Source: Ranitomeya imitator (Eukaryota). From it: a stretch of 64,000 nt of DNA. A model generated the notes under the pieces. That model was given only the letters and a program-made list of their open reading frames with translations. It had not been told where the DNA came from and did not search any database. How positions within the stretch are numbered: the stretch's first letter is position 1; the number at the start of each line of letters is the position of its first letter. The stretch covers positions 329,592,001-329,656,000 of the forward strand of contig NC_091283.1 in assembly GCF_032444005.1 (NCBI RefSeq), given 5' to 3'. A program made the translations under genes and the position numbers. Positions 1 through 12,189 of the stretch are shown one piece after another.

Positions 1-489
1 ACTGAGAAGTGCCCCTTTATGGAGGTGACAGAAAGTTTGTTTAGTCACTTTAGCTTCATAGTATCAGCTCTAATCCAATGGGGAGAGAGCGATTTACCCT
101 GAAGAGTCACAGATTGTGGGGTTGTTATAAAATGTTATATTTAGGGGGGTTTGTGTTGTCTCCCTATATGAATCACAATGGTTTTGTTCCTTTTCCGCTG
201 ATAGATACAAATGACCCAACTATGAAAGACGGGAACCAATGAAACATGTATTAATCTTATAGTACGTGGCCCCTTTATTGGCCTCCACACTGTATAATGT
301 TCCCACAGTATCGATATCCTCCGCTCAATATGATAGTACAAGAAGCCCCACACAATCTGCTACCACCCAAACCACTAGGTAATAAATCCTCTCTTATCCC
401 CATTCTTGATGCCTTACAGTGCCACCTTCTTGGTTCCCCAGTACATCCATACTCAATTTTATTTTATCTCTTGTTTCTTTCATGTAATA

Positions 490-1134
490 CCTTATGTACT
501 CGTGTATAAGCCGAGTTTTTCAGCACATTTTTTTTTGTGCTGAAAACGTCCCCTCAGCTTATACAAGAATCATGGTCCCAGAAAGCCGGAGGGGGAGTGG
601 CGGTCATCGGGTCACAGAGGCAGGAGCCGGTGGCTGTGGCTAAAGCCTGTGCCGCTGCTGTAATAGCTCACAGTGCCAGCCGCAGCCGCCGGCTTCCAGC
701 CATACATCGTACTCTCCTACCGGCATGCCCTTGGTGCTGGCACTTCATCTCGTTCTGGCCGCCTACACCTGGAGCTCTTTCTGCAAGTGATCATGTGGGA
801 CAGCTCATTAAGGTCATGAATATGCACGCCTTTCCACTCCCATAGGTGTAGGCGCATATTCATTACCAAATGAGCAGGGCCACGTGATCGCTCAGTACTG
901 GAAGTGCTCCGGTGGCCAGAACGATGCAGTGTGCGCAGGTAGGTGAGAGGGATGTGTTTGCTCTTTTTTTTTTTTTTTCTTTTTATTAAAAAGTCATGCA
1001 TAGGGATAAGGAGCCATGCATACCAGGATCGGGATGAGGGGACAATGTATACCTGGCTTATACTCGAGTCAATAAACTTACCCAGTTTTTTGTGTCAAAA
1101 GTAGGTGCCTCAGCTTATACTCAAGTATATATGT
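490..1134. mobile_element. Non-autonomous Tc2/pogo-like (Tc1/mariner superfamily) MITE
   Basis: Imperfect ~26-bp TIRs (ccttatgtactcgtgtataagccgag at 490; ctcagcttatactcaagtatatatgt ending 1134) flanked by TA on both sides; no transposase ORF. Confidence 0.7.
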
Positions 1135-2081
1135 TATATGGAATCCAAAGCAAAAATGCTAAAAAATAACCTATCCAGAAAAAAAAACCTGTACATGGAG
1201 ACATTAGCATTAGATAACTCCTGTCTTGTTCTTACAAACCATCTATATATATAACTAGATGGGGCGTGGCCTGGACCAGGAGCCGGGCAGACGTGCCTGG
1301 GACGAGCTCCTCGGTCCCTCACAGAATAAAGGGTGGAAATCTGCCTTTTCACCCCGCGGACCCCGGACTAAGAGGCCCACAGTATCCCACACACATCCAG
1401 GACATACCTGCCGGTGCCCGATACCGACGGGAGCCGGAACGCTCCCACTGCGAGCCGCCATCACCGCTTGTCGGCTCGAGACCGGAGGTGGAGGTGCGCT
1501 GTTCCGGTGGCAGAGGAGCTGCCATGAGAGTGCCAGCGCGAAGGAGCACGCCCGGGATCGCGGCGCAGTTCCGAAAAGACCCGGTGAGTGAGGGAGCTGG
1601 TGGCGCGGGAGGAAAGTAGCCCTCAGAAGACGCGGCGGCCATTTTAACTCTGGAGCACTGCACTGCAGGGCAGGCGGCCCGCGGCTCCGTTCACCTGCGG
1701 TGGGGCCCCGCATCATTCCCTCAGTGGCCACTCACCTGTTAGTCCACTACTCGAGGTGGGGCGACCAGTTACGGCACCAGCACGTCTTTGGAGTCGCCAT
1801 ACACGTTCTCCCTCTCCCTGGTCCCTCCTTTGGTGCCAAAAGCCGCCATCTTGCTGGGAGGCAAAGGCAAAGCCTGAGGCCCAGCGCACCCCTTGGTACA
1901 ACGCTGCAGCACGAGATTTGCTGGGCAATTGAAGATCCCTAGGCCATCTCTTCATATAAGGTGGAGGTCATACTGGAGGAGGGGAGTATGCTGATGGGGG
2001 TTCAGGCTGCATGATGTAGCTGCCCTGGCTCCGTGTGCCCCCCCGTGGCCAGATGTGACCAGCCATAACCTGCTGATATCT

Positions 2082-3565
2082 ATGGGCAGAACCAAAAAAC
2101 GTGTTGGACAACCTCTAGATCCTTTAGCTCACTCAGAAGACATGGATCGCTTCATAACCACAAAAAATCAGCAGAGGAATACCAGATCCCAGTCCTCTTC
2201 CAATATCCCTGGGGATTGTTCCTCTTCACAGGACTCCCTAGCCTCTCACAGCTCCCCTGATAGAGCTACATATGAGGGGGACGATAACTCTGAATTCCCA
2301 GATGATCTGACAATCCAGGACCTCAGTAAATTTATCAGAACTCTTCCCACCAAAAATGACTTGGAGACATTTGCCTGTAGAATTGAAAACTCTTATAAGA
2401 AGGAACTGTAGGTCTTAAAATCAGAATTTACATCTAGAGTGGAAGATGCTGAGAAATCTCAGGAAATTATCTTACAAGAACTTCAAACCCACAGAGAGGT
2501 TCTAGTAAATTATACTATGAGATTGGAGGACATGGCTACAGGGTTAGAGGACTTAGAGAACCGCAGCAGACGCAATAACATTAGAATACTTGTCCTCCCT
2601 GAGTCTATCAGCCCAACTGAGCTGGACAGTACAGTTCAAAAATTGTTCCTTGAGATCTTAAACGACAAAGGTGCAAGTTCCATAGAATTTGACCGGATCC
2701 ATAGGTCCCTTGGACCCAAACCGCAATCAGACTCAAGACCCAGAGACGTCATATGCAAAATACACTATTACAAAGTCAAAGAAACCATCATGTTAGCTGC
2801 TAGACAGAAAGGCTCCATTACCTTTTGTGGAGCACAGATCTTAATATTATCAGATTTGTCTAGGCGGACTCTACAACTAAGGGTACCGTCACACAATGGC
2901 ATTTTGATCGCTACGACGGCACGATTCGTGACGTTCCAGCGATATACTTACGATCTCGCTGTGTCTGACACGCTCCTGCGATCAGGGACCCCGCTGAGAA
3001 TCGTACGTCGTAGCAGATCGTTTGAAACTTTCTGTCGTCGTCTAGTGTCCCGCTGTGGCGGCATGATCACATGGTGTAACAAAGGTGTGCACGATATTGT
3101 ATACGATGTGCGCATAGTAACCAACAGCTTCTACATCGCAAATACGTCGTGAAGTTATCGCTCCATCGTCGTGCATTGCGAAGTGTGACCGCAGTCTACG
3201 ACGCTGGAGCGATATTGGAGCGATGCTGGAGCGTCACGGATCGTGCTGTCGTAGCGACCAAAGTGCCACTGTGAGACGGTACCTTAAGAAGAGCTCTGCG
3301 TCCACTTTTATCTCTCCTTAAAGAAAAAGACATTCTTTACAAATGGGGATTTCCGTTTCAACTGATAGCTTTTAAAGGCGGGAAATCAGCAATTTTTCGC
3401 AATTTGGGAGACCTGGCCATCATCCTGGTAACTTTTGAACTACCGCTGACTGAGCTTCCTGACTGGCCAAGGCCCCTCCAGCTTCCAGATATCCCACCCA
3501 GATGGCTGAAATCTCCTCACTCCAAGCAACCTAAAAAGAATGGTTCAGCTCCCTATCAAACCTGA
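2082..3565 (+). pseudogene. L1 ORF1p (coiled coil/RRM/CTD), with an in-frame stop at 2409-2411 and a MITE insertion
   Basis: MGRTKKR start; LEDLENRSRRNNIRI and PRDVICKIHYY motifs. Removing 2881-3287 rejoins LQL-RRALRPLLSLLKEKDILYKWGFPF, ending at TGA 3563-3565. Confidence 0.85.
2881..3284. mobile_element. PIF/Harbinger-like MITE in L1 ORF1
   Basis: TIRs gggtaccgtcaca / tgagacggtacct; 3-bp TAA duplication (2878-2880, 3285-3287); internally palindromic. Confidence 0.85.
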
Positions 3566-4174
3566 GGGGACACCCATGTTCCTCATCTTATTCGAAGTTT
3601 TTTGTCCGACATATTTGTGTTCCAACAGGACATCCGGACTTTTGGTCCGATGTGTACTTGGTTTGCCCGTGCTTAATTGTACCATTGGTTGTCATCTATG
3701 TAGACACTCCGGTTTCTTACATGTGAGGCTATAAATGTCTAACTTTCCTCCAAACGGTTAACATTAAGTAGTTAGAGCTTAAAACTTGGATTAAGAGGAA
3801 CTAGATGTTGGGCGTTATGCCTTTTTTCCTTTTTGTTGACCTAAAACTGTTTATTACCTGTTTTTGGGGTGTCAGGGCCGTGGGGGTGGCGGGTGGAGAA
3901 CGGTTCTGACCATCGGCTTTTCCTCGCTCAAATAGACGTGCTTGGTGGACATGGGACACACCACCACGTCACGACTTCTTCCTGTAGGTGTGCATACACC
4001 TCACATTGAACTCTTCTTTCTTTCTCTCTATCTGTTTGTCTATTCCTTCTTCCTCCTCTCTGTTGCTCAACTCTCAACCCCCCAGCCTATTCCCAACTCT
4101 GGATTCACTTATGAGTGCCCAGGGGACCCGGTTTCCGCGCCCATATTACCAATTCCTTAAAAAATACCTTAACT

Positions 4175-7100
4175 ATGGCTGAGATCAAATTTTGTTCATA
4201 TAATGTTAAGGGGCTCAACGTTCCAGAAAAAAGAAAACAGATTCTACACTCCAGCCATAAGCAACGTGTCTCAATTTTATTACTTCAGGAGACTGACTTT
4301 AAGACTGGGGTGACTCCTGACTCTACATCCCTTTACTTTCCGAAATGGTTTCATAGTACGAACCCCCATGCTAAGTCCAAGGGAGTATCTATAGGCTTTC
4401 ACAAGTCCTTCCTCCCGGAAGTCCTTGACTCGATGATTGGTCCAGAGGGGAGATTTATTTTCTTAAAACTGATTTGGGGATCTCGTGAGCTCACTTTGGC
4501 AAATGTCTATTTTCCTAACCAGGACCAGCAGAAATTCAGCTACTCGTGCAAAAAGCTCCTGGAGAATTTTGCAGGCGACTCGCCGATTGTCTTGGGAGGT
4601 GACCTCAATCTTCCAATGAACCCCTCAATTGACGTGTTATCGGGTAAGTCCTCTTATCCTCTGTCTACTATCAAAAAGATAAGAAAGCAGGTGAGTGATC
4701 TACGTCTGGTTGATGTGTGGAGGGCTCTCCATCCAGATACAAGAGACTATAGCTTCTATTCACAGGCACATTCCATCTACAGCAGAATCGATTTATTTTT
4801 TTGTATCCCACTCCCTGCTGGATTCGGGGGTGGGGGCGGAGGTGGGGGTCGATGTTGAGGTCCGACCACGCACCTATTTATTTTTCAATAAAATTGGACA
4901 CCTCAGTGAGGCCTGGATTCTCTTGGCGCCTAAATGAGAACTTATTGCGAGATCCGTTATGTGCCTCAGAGGTGAAACGATCTATAGAAGGTTTTGTGGC
5001 GGATCATGCATTGGACTCCACGTCTCCTGCGATAAAATGGGAGGCTCTGAAGAGTGTTTTGAGGGGTGTCCTTATATCACACGGTGCCCGCCTCAAGAGG
5101 ATCCGCATAGCAGAAATAGCTGATCTCTCTTCTAAAATCTCTAAACTTGAGTCACAACATAAACAAGACCTTTCCCCAGTTACCCTGTCAGATTTATCCA
5201 CGGCCAGACAAAAATTACTCACAATCCTGGACCAGAAGTCCCGGTGTCTTAGAGAGAAAATTAGGAGCTGTTTCTATCACTTAGGAAACAAGAGCAGCAA
5301 GTTCTTAGCAAGGGCCCTACGCCCAAGAGGTCCGCAGACTTTCATCCCATTCATAAAAACCGCTAAGGGTAAGGTAGCACATAGTACACGGGATATATTA
5401 TCCAGCTTTCATGACTACAATAACTCCCTATATAATATAAAAGGTCACTTTAGGGATATCCCGACTCACTTGCTCCATGATAAAATCAAATCTTACATTC
5501 AATCAAATAGGTTGCCCGCGGTCTCGGAGGAGTGCCTGGTGGGTCTGGAGGAAGACTTCTCATTAGAGGAGGTCACCTCAGTAATTGGAGACCTGAAGTC
5601 AGGTAAAAGTCTGGCCCTGACGGTTATTCAGCGGGGTTTTATAAGCAATTTTCGGACCTTTTGGGCCCTCCATTTCTGGCCGCATGTAATTTTGTCGCCT
5701 CGGTGGGGTCGTTTCCCCCACAGGCTTTAGCCGCCCATATAACAATTATTCCAAAATCAGATAAGGATCCCACCCTGTGTAACAGTTATCGTCCCATTTC
5801 ACTCATTAATATAGATGTCAAAATCTATGCAAAAATGATCGCTAAAAGATTAAGTGGTCTTTTGCCTCATTTGATTAATCAAGATCAGGTAGGATTCGTC
5901 CCGGGAAGAGAGGCTAGGGACAACACTATTAGATTCATTTAGTTGATAGACAGAGCAAACAGGACAGGGGACCCTATGTGTTTACTATCAATTGATGCCG
6001 AAAAGGCTTTCGATAGGGTGGGCTGGGATTTTATGTATCAAACACTAGAGGGTATTGGATTAAAGCGGAAAATGCTGAGAAGCATTATGGCTCTCTACGA
6101 GTCCCCATCTGCACAAATCAAAGTTAATGGCTCCCTATCGGACCCTCTCCACATTCGAAACGGTACAAGACAGGGGTGCCCTCTATCACCCCTGTTGTAT
6201 ATACTAACCATGGAACACTTGGCCAATGCAATTCGCAATAATATATCAATTAAAGGGGTGCAGATCTCTTCAGAAGAACACAAGTTGGCTCTATTTGCTG
6301 ATGATGTACTCATGTATATCACCTCGCCTTTAATCACTATACCCAATGTTTTATTGGAGCTGCATCGCTTTGGCCAATTGAGCAATTTTAAAATTAACTC
6401 CCACAAATCGGAAATGCTAAATATCTCTTTATCCCCTGCATTAGTCTCTCAATTATGATCCTTCCCTTTTAAATGGCGCCCTAATTCCCTCAGATACTTG
6501 GGTATAGCTCTGACTGCCAAGACGTCACAGCTGTACGAAACTAACCATAAAATGGCCCTCTGTAAAGCTGAGCTTGATCTGGAGAGATGGAATAAATTGC
6601 ACTTGTCCTGGCTTGGTAGGATCAATACAATAAAAATGGATCTATTGCCACATCTTCTCTATTTCTTTCAGACCATCCCTATTGTTCTGCCTGCTTCCTT
6701 CTTCTCCAGACTCAAATCAGCAATTACAAGATATTTGGTCGGGCAAGCGCCCTCGCCTATCATACCAACTATTAAGCACACCTAAACAAGAGGGAGGCCT
6801 GAGTCTGCCTGACTTCTTGCTCTATAACCATGCCTCCATCGGAACCTGCTTACTAGATTTATTATCATACTAAACTTAAAAAAAAACCATGTGGGTGGAC
6901 TTAGAGACAACTATATCAGTGGTCAATCCCAGAGTTAACATCTGGCATGGGGGGGGGGGTGCAGGGGTTCACTGGGGGGAGCCTTCCCTTTCTTACTAGA
7001 AACCTGATCCTTTTTGTCAAACGCAATAATCTAAAGCTTAATATGTCATCTATACCAGATCCCTTGACCCCGATCTCTGACAATCCGGATTTCCCTGCGG

Positions 7101-8325
7101 GCCTGGATAAACCCCTTCATCGGTAAAACCTTTGCACTCCCTCTTCGAGGGATCAGAAATCCCACCTGGGGTATGGCTACTTTATGAACAAATCAAAAGC
7201 TATGTTCTCAGGGTATCCAAACAGGTCGACCTATTCCGACCGCTTACTTCTTTCGAGTCAGCGTGTCTGGGTGGGGACCCTCCATCGCACACAGTATCAC
7301 TCTTGTATAAAATGTTCCAGGGACCCCAGATATCTACTTTAGATCCTCCTGCTTTCTTTCAGAAATGGGAAATCGACTTGAATAAATCGTTAATACCAGA
7401 TGACAGGAATAAGAGTCTTCTCTATACACTTAGATCCTCACTATGTGCGGACTATCAAGAGAGAGGTTATAGACTTTTGGCTCGGTGGTATAGATGCCCA
7501 GACAACATCCATTCTATGTTTCCAAATACCCCAGACACGTGCTGGAGATGTTGGAAGGAGAAGGGATCGTACACACACATCTGGTGGTCTTGCCCATCCA
7601 TTAAGGCTATATTCACACTTTGCGGATTTTGCTGCGGATCCGCAGCGGATTTGACCGCTGCAGATCTGCAGCAGTTTCCCATGAGTTTACAGTACAATAT
7701 AAACCTATGGGAAACAAAAAACGCAGTGCACATGCTGCGGAAAAAAACCGCGTGGAAACGCTGCGGTTTACATTCCGCAGCATGTCACTTCTTTTCTGCA
7801 GATTTTCACCTGCTCCAATAGGAAACTGCAGATGAAAATCTGCAGAAGAAACCGCAGTAAAAACCGCGATAAATCCGCATTAAAAACCGCAACGGGTTTT
7901 CACTGCGGATTTTGGAATTCCACTGCGGAAAAATCCGCAGTGGAATCTGCAAAGTGTGCACATAGCCTAAAGATTTCTGGGAGGATGTTTTTGACCTTCA
8001 CAATAAGCTATCTATGCACAAAGCCCGACCCACAATAGAGGTGGCCCTGCTATCTATTTGTGAGCTTTCCATAGCTAAATTTAAGAAAGGCCTCCTTAGA
8101 CATTTCTTGACAGCTGCACGTAATTTAATACCTCGCTACTGGAAGCAGACGAATACCCCCTCAAGATCCGAGCTTGTGGCAGAACTGAACCACCTCTTTA
8201 GAATGGTTGGTCAGGACACCGGGACTTTGGACAAGGTCCTAAACATATGGGCCCCTTGGATAATGTTTAGGGAGACCGCAGGTCTGACCGTATGGCTCAG
8301 TGGAGTCTCTGACTCAAATCATTAA
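4175..8325 (+). pseudogene. L1 ORF2p (AP endonuclease, RT, C-terminal Cys-rich region), with several frameshifts and stops
   Basis: SYNVKGLN, LLLQET, GGDLN, SRIDLF and SDHAP (APE); YRPISL, IDAEKAFD, GTRQGCPLSP and LFADD (RT); CWRC..HIWWSCP (C-terminal). Confidence 0.92.
7605..7967. mobile_element. PIF/Harbinger-like MITE in L1 ORF2
   Basis: TIRs ggctatattcacactttgc / gcaaagtgtgcacatagcc; TAA TSD at 7602-7604 and 7968-7970. Removal restores WSCPSIKDFWEDV. Confidence 0.88.
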
Positions 8326-8959
8326 TTTTTTCGGACATGACCCCTTGGGTTGTGAATTAATATTGACTCCAGGTTGAGTTGGATGGGACAGCGGAGACCG
8401 GACCCCCTCTTGTCTCTTCTTTTCTCTCTGTCTCTCCCCCTTTCTTCTCTTTGTCTGTTAATTGTTGTATTGGTTATAAAGGTGTTATGGCTATGATTAG
8501 GAATTAATTTGGATAACCTACTCCGTCAATATATCTGAGCCTGGCTGTTAATCTGGGTTCCGGAGATATAGATCCACACTATGACTATGACTATAAACAT
8601 ATTTCATCGCCATTGGTAACAACCTAATACATGGTTGAGGGGTGGGTGTCCTTGGGTACCCACTCTAGAATTAACACACTGATTTATGGTTCTCTTTAAA
8701 GTGCTACTAGAATAACCCTTTTTCCATAAGAAGACAACGGAGTCATAGTATGGGATTATAGGGTAATGTTTATTGCATTTTCTTTTGGTTACAGTGTTAA
8801 TAATCCAAATGTCATTTCAAGTTGTATCAATTTGCTATTATCTTACTCCAATGGTTTTTGTAAAAGTGACTTCATTTAATAAACTTGATTTACACATATA
8901 TATAACTAGATGGTAGCCCAATTCTAACGCATCGGGTATTCTAGAATATGCATGTCCAC

Positions 8960-9262
8960 GTAGTATATTTCCCAGCCACGCAGTATATTGCCCAGCCACG
9001 TAGTATATTGCCCAGCCACGCAGTATATTGCCCAGCCCACGCAGTGTATTGCCCAGCCCACGCAGTGTATTGCCCAGCCCACGTAGTGTATTGCCCAGCC
9101 CACGTAGTGTATTGCCCAGCCCACGTAGTGTATTGCCCAGCCCACGTAGTGTATTGCCCAGTGATGTAGTATACAGCACAGAGCCACGTAGTGTATTGCC
9201 CAGTGATGTAGTATACAGCACAGAGCCACGTAGTATATTGCCCAGCTACGTAGTATATTGCC
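8960..9262. repeat. ~21-bp minisatellite (gtagtgtattgcccagcccac)n
   Basis: More than 10 direct copies are visible; a related inverted array lies at about 10325-10395. Confidence 0.9.
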
Positions 9263-9360
9263 CAGCCAGGTTTGTCACAGTTTAAAAAATAAACATATAC
9301 TCACCTTTCCAAGGGCCCCTTGTAGTCCATGGCAGCTTCCAGTCCCAGGGTTGGTAAGAG

Positions 9361-9565
9361 CGCAGGACCTGTGATGACGTCGCAGTCACATGACCGTGAC
9401 TTCATGGCAGGTCTTTCTAGCGCAGGCGCGCAGGGCCTGTGGTACTTCTCGCGCAGGGCCTGTGATGACGTTGCGGTCACATGACCGTGACGTCATGGCA
9501 GGTGCTTCTCGCGCAGGGCCTGTGATGACATCGCGGTCACATGACCGTGACGTCATGGCAGGTCC
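9361..9565. repeat. ~50-60-bp GC-rich tandem repeat containing TGACGTCA motifs
   Basis: gcgcagggcctgtgatgac..gcggtcacatgaccgtgacgtcatggcaggt repeated 3-4 times. Confidence 0.75.
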
Positions 9566-11029
9566 TTCTCCCATACCATCTTTGCCACCGGAACCTGCAA
9601 CGGAAGATGGCGCGTGGCGCGAGCGACTACGGAGGGTGAGTATAGCAGGTTTTTTTATTTTTAACATTACATTTTTTACTATTGATGCCGCATAGGCAGC
9701 GTCAATAGTAAAAAGTTGGGGACACACAGGGTTAATAGCGGCGGTAACGGAGTGCGTTACCCGCGGCATAACGCAGTCCGTTACCGCCGGCATTAACCCT
9801 GTGTTAGAGGTAACCGGAGGGGAGTATGCGGGCGACAGGCACTGACTGCGGGGAGTAAGGAGCAGCCATTTTCTTCCGGACTGTGCCCGTCACTCATTGG
9901 TCGCGGCAGCCATGACAGGCCGCTGGCGAGACCAATCAGCGAATGAATATCCGTGACAGAAGGACAGACGGAAGTGACCCTTAGACAATTATATAGTAGA
10001 TTGTCTAAGGGGTACTTCCGTCTGTCTGTCTGTAAGGGAAATCCCACGTCGCTGATTGGTCGCAGCCGCCAGGCACAGTCCGGCCAGTCAGTGCCCGGCG
10101 CCCGCTCCATACTCCCCTCCATTCAGCGCTCACACAGGGTTAATGGCAGCGTTAATGGACCGCGTTATGCCGCGGGTAACGCCCTCCGTTAACGCTGCTA
10201 TTAACCCTGTGTGTCCAACTTTTTACTATGGATGCTGCCTATGCATCGCTTCACTGGACGCCGGAGGGTGAGTATATAACTATTTTTTTATTTTAATTAT
10301 TTTTTTTAACATGGATATGGTGCGCACACTGCTATATACTGCGTGGGCTGTGTTATATACTGCGTGGGCTGTGTTATATACTGCGTGGCTGCTATATGTA
10401 CGTACGTACGTACGTATTCTAGAATACCCGATGCATTAGAATCAGGCCACCATCTAGTCTTTTATAAAAGCCTCAAACTTCTGTGTGTGAATATGACCTG
10501 AGATCAAACATGGTAGAAGATTACAGAGCGGGGAAGACGGGAAACATTCATATAGACGGCCGGTGGTGATGGGGTCAGTGACGGACTCTGGCCAAATGTT
10601 TTTAGAGCCATAGTAGAAGATGAAGATGTCGTCCTCATCATGAAGTAGTTATTTCTCCTGTAACTTGTAATGAATATCTCCTGCAGTATTGCTAATGGCC
10701 GATTCCAATGTCGGTAAATGAGACGAGAATTAGCATTCTGGAAGATGAGTCTATGAGAAACTTATTCAGCTGCCGACTCCGAGGAAGAAACTGCCTGTTG
10801 TCTGTGGCCTAAAATATTTTATTTAGTTTTATTAGTAGATGTAAAGAAGAAAACTAAATACTGTAAAATAATTTCTTCTTATGTTTCCCTTATTATCTCT
10901 AGTAATTGTATTACACAGGATTTTTATGATGTTACATCGGCTCATCTTCTCATTCAGGTCTCTACAATATCGGATCCTCTGTGATGATCTTGTGTATATA
11001 AGATAATTTTTCTGAATTGCACATCAAAG

Positions 11030-11107
11030 ATGAATATGGACAGAGACAAAATGGCTGAGAGGATATTACACCTCACCCTAGAGATCCTCTACCGGCTTAC
11101 TGGAGAG
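11030..11107 (+). CDS. FAX/KRAB-like C2H2 zinc-finger gene, coding exon 1 (exon starts at 10958)
   Basis: Acceptor ctcattcag|10958; MNMDRDKMAERILHLTLEILYRLTGE; donor GAG|gtgag at 11108. Typical N-terminus of anuran XlCOF/XlCGF-type ZNFs. Confidence 0.85.
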
Positions 11108-11236
11108 GTGAGAGATTCCAATGATGTCACATTACATCATTCTTATCTATGGGAATAACAGATGGACAGAACTGGAGGGGTGAGGACTCTGGAAATGTCT
11201 GTAGTGAGATTTATTAATGTGTCTCTCCATTACCAG

Positions 11237-11416
11237 GATTACACAGTAGTGAAGAAGACCTCTATTGAGTGCTGTCAGGACCCTGTGTCTGAGGAATGGG
11301 TAAGAACCCTGAGCCCAATCACAGGGCCTCCATCTCACCCCCTGATACATGAGAACATCAATGACCAGAAGATCCTAGAACTCGCCTACAAGATGATTGA
11401 GCTGCTGACTGGAGAG
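11237..11416 (+). CDS. ZNF gene coding exon 2
   Basis: taccag|GAT...GAG|gtgaca; 180 nt, phase 0/0; DYTVVKKTS...QKILELAYKMIELLTGE. Confidence 0.88.
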
Positions 11417-11489
11417 GTGACACTGCTGGAACATTATACAGTAACAATATGAAGGCTTCGGGGCATGACTGTATCATTGTATGTGTCAG

Positions 11490-11613
11490 GTTCCTATAAG
11501 GTGTCAGGATGTCTCCATCTATTTCTCCATGGAGGAGTGGGAGTATTTAGAAGGACAAAAAGGTCAGTACAAGGACATCATGACCGAGGTTCCCCAGCCC
11601 GTCACATCACCAG
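11490..11613 (+). CDS. ZNF gene coding exon 3 (KRAB-A-like box)
   Basis: gtgtcag|GTT...CCAG|gtaata; VPIRCQDVSIYFSMEEWEYLEGQKGQYKDIM resembles the KRAB-A consensus (DVAVYFSxEEW). Confidence 0.88.
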
Positions 11614-11692
11614 GTAATAGGACTAAATACACACGACCTATAATTATCTGTATGTAAAGAATGAATTTAGTCCCTGTATGTGTTTCCTTCAG

Positions 11693-11790
11693 ATCTATCC
11701 GGTAAGAGGACAACACCAGAGAGATGTCCCCGTCCTCTTCTTCCACAGGACTGTAAACAAGAAGATCCCAATGTTGCTCAGGATCATCAG
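11693..11790 (+). CDS. ZNF gene coding exon 4
   Basis: tttccttcag|AT...CAG|gtagat; (D)LSGKRTTPERCPRPLLPQDCKQEDPNVAQDHQ; splice phases fit exons 3 and 5. Confidence 0.85.
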
Positions 11791-11990
11791 GTAGATGGAG
11801 AGAAGGTGTTATGAGTGACATCTCCCCTATGATGTGTACATGGCTGTGAAGGTCTTGTGCTCTGTCTTGTTTTATCCACCAGTATTATGTTTTATATTTG
11901 TGTAATGAGAACGGTGGAGATGGTAGGATTAGAGCTGATCATAGATGTGACTTCTCCATCTGTCTGTGACTTTTACAATATTTGTTTCAG

Positions 11991-12081
11991 GGTGAAGATC
12001 TGACCCATATTAATACTACAGAGACATATGTGAGGGGTGATGAGCGTTGTAAAGAGGAGACTCCTACATATGACTACCCAG
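11991..12081 (+). CDS. ZNF gene coding exon 5
   Basis: tttgtttcag|GGT...CCAG|gtgagt; GEDLTHINTTETYVRGDERCKEETPTYDYP; phase-1 donor matches the phase of the finger exon. Confidence 0.85.
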
Positions 12082-12189
12082 GTGAGTAGTAACCACTAAA
12101 TGCAGAGAAGTCACGATTCTTCTCAGTCACCAGCTATGGCTGCTTTATCGGTGGTGTAGTCTGGCCATATCACAATCATGTGATCACCA

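Larger units (their letters stand above)
1263..8895 (+). mobile_element. Full-length, decayed L1-clade LINE (5'UTR, ORF1, spacer, ORF2, 3'UTR)
   Basis: GC-rich 5' end, L1-type ORF1, APE-RT ORF2, AATAAA at about 8878. Identical 18-mer atatatataactagatgg at 1245-1262 and 8896-8913 acts as TSD. Confidence 0.9.
8905..10458. mobile_element. Non-autonomous composite TIR element with subterminal minisatellites (superfamily unassigned)
   Basis: ~44-bp TIRs (actagatggtagcccaattctaacgcatcgggtattctagaata / tattctagaatacccgatgcattagaatcaggccaccatctagt). The same right TIR recurs near 62465-62510. Confidence 0.75.

Noticed and set aside
1255-1955. Several overlapping 80-158-aa ORFs in the L1 5'UTR (possible ORF0-like)
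   Set aside because: GC-rich sequence yields stop-poor frames on both strands; no conserved motif or splice support is visible.
8838-9285. Low-complexity ORFs on both strands and a CRISPR-like periodic array
   Set aside because: A 21-bp minisatellite with no unique spacers; vertebrate context and no cas genes.
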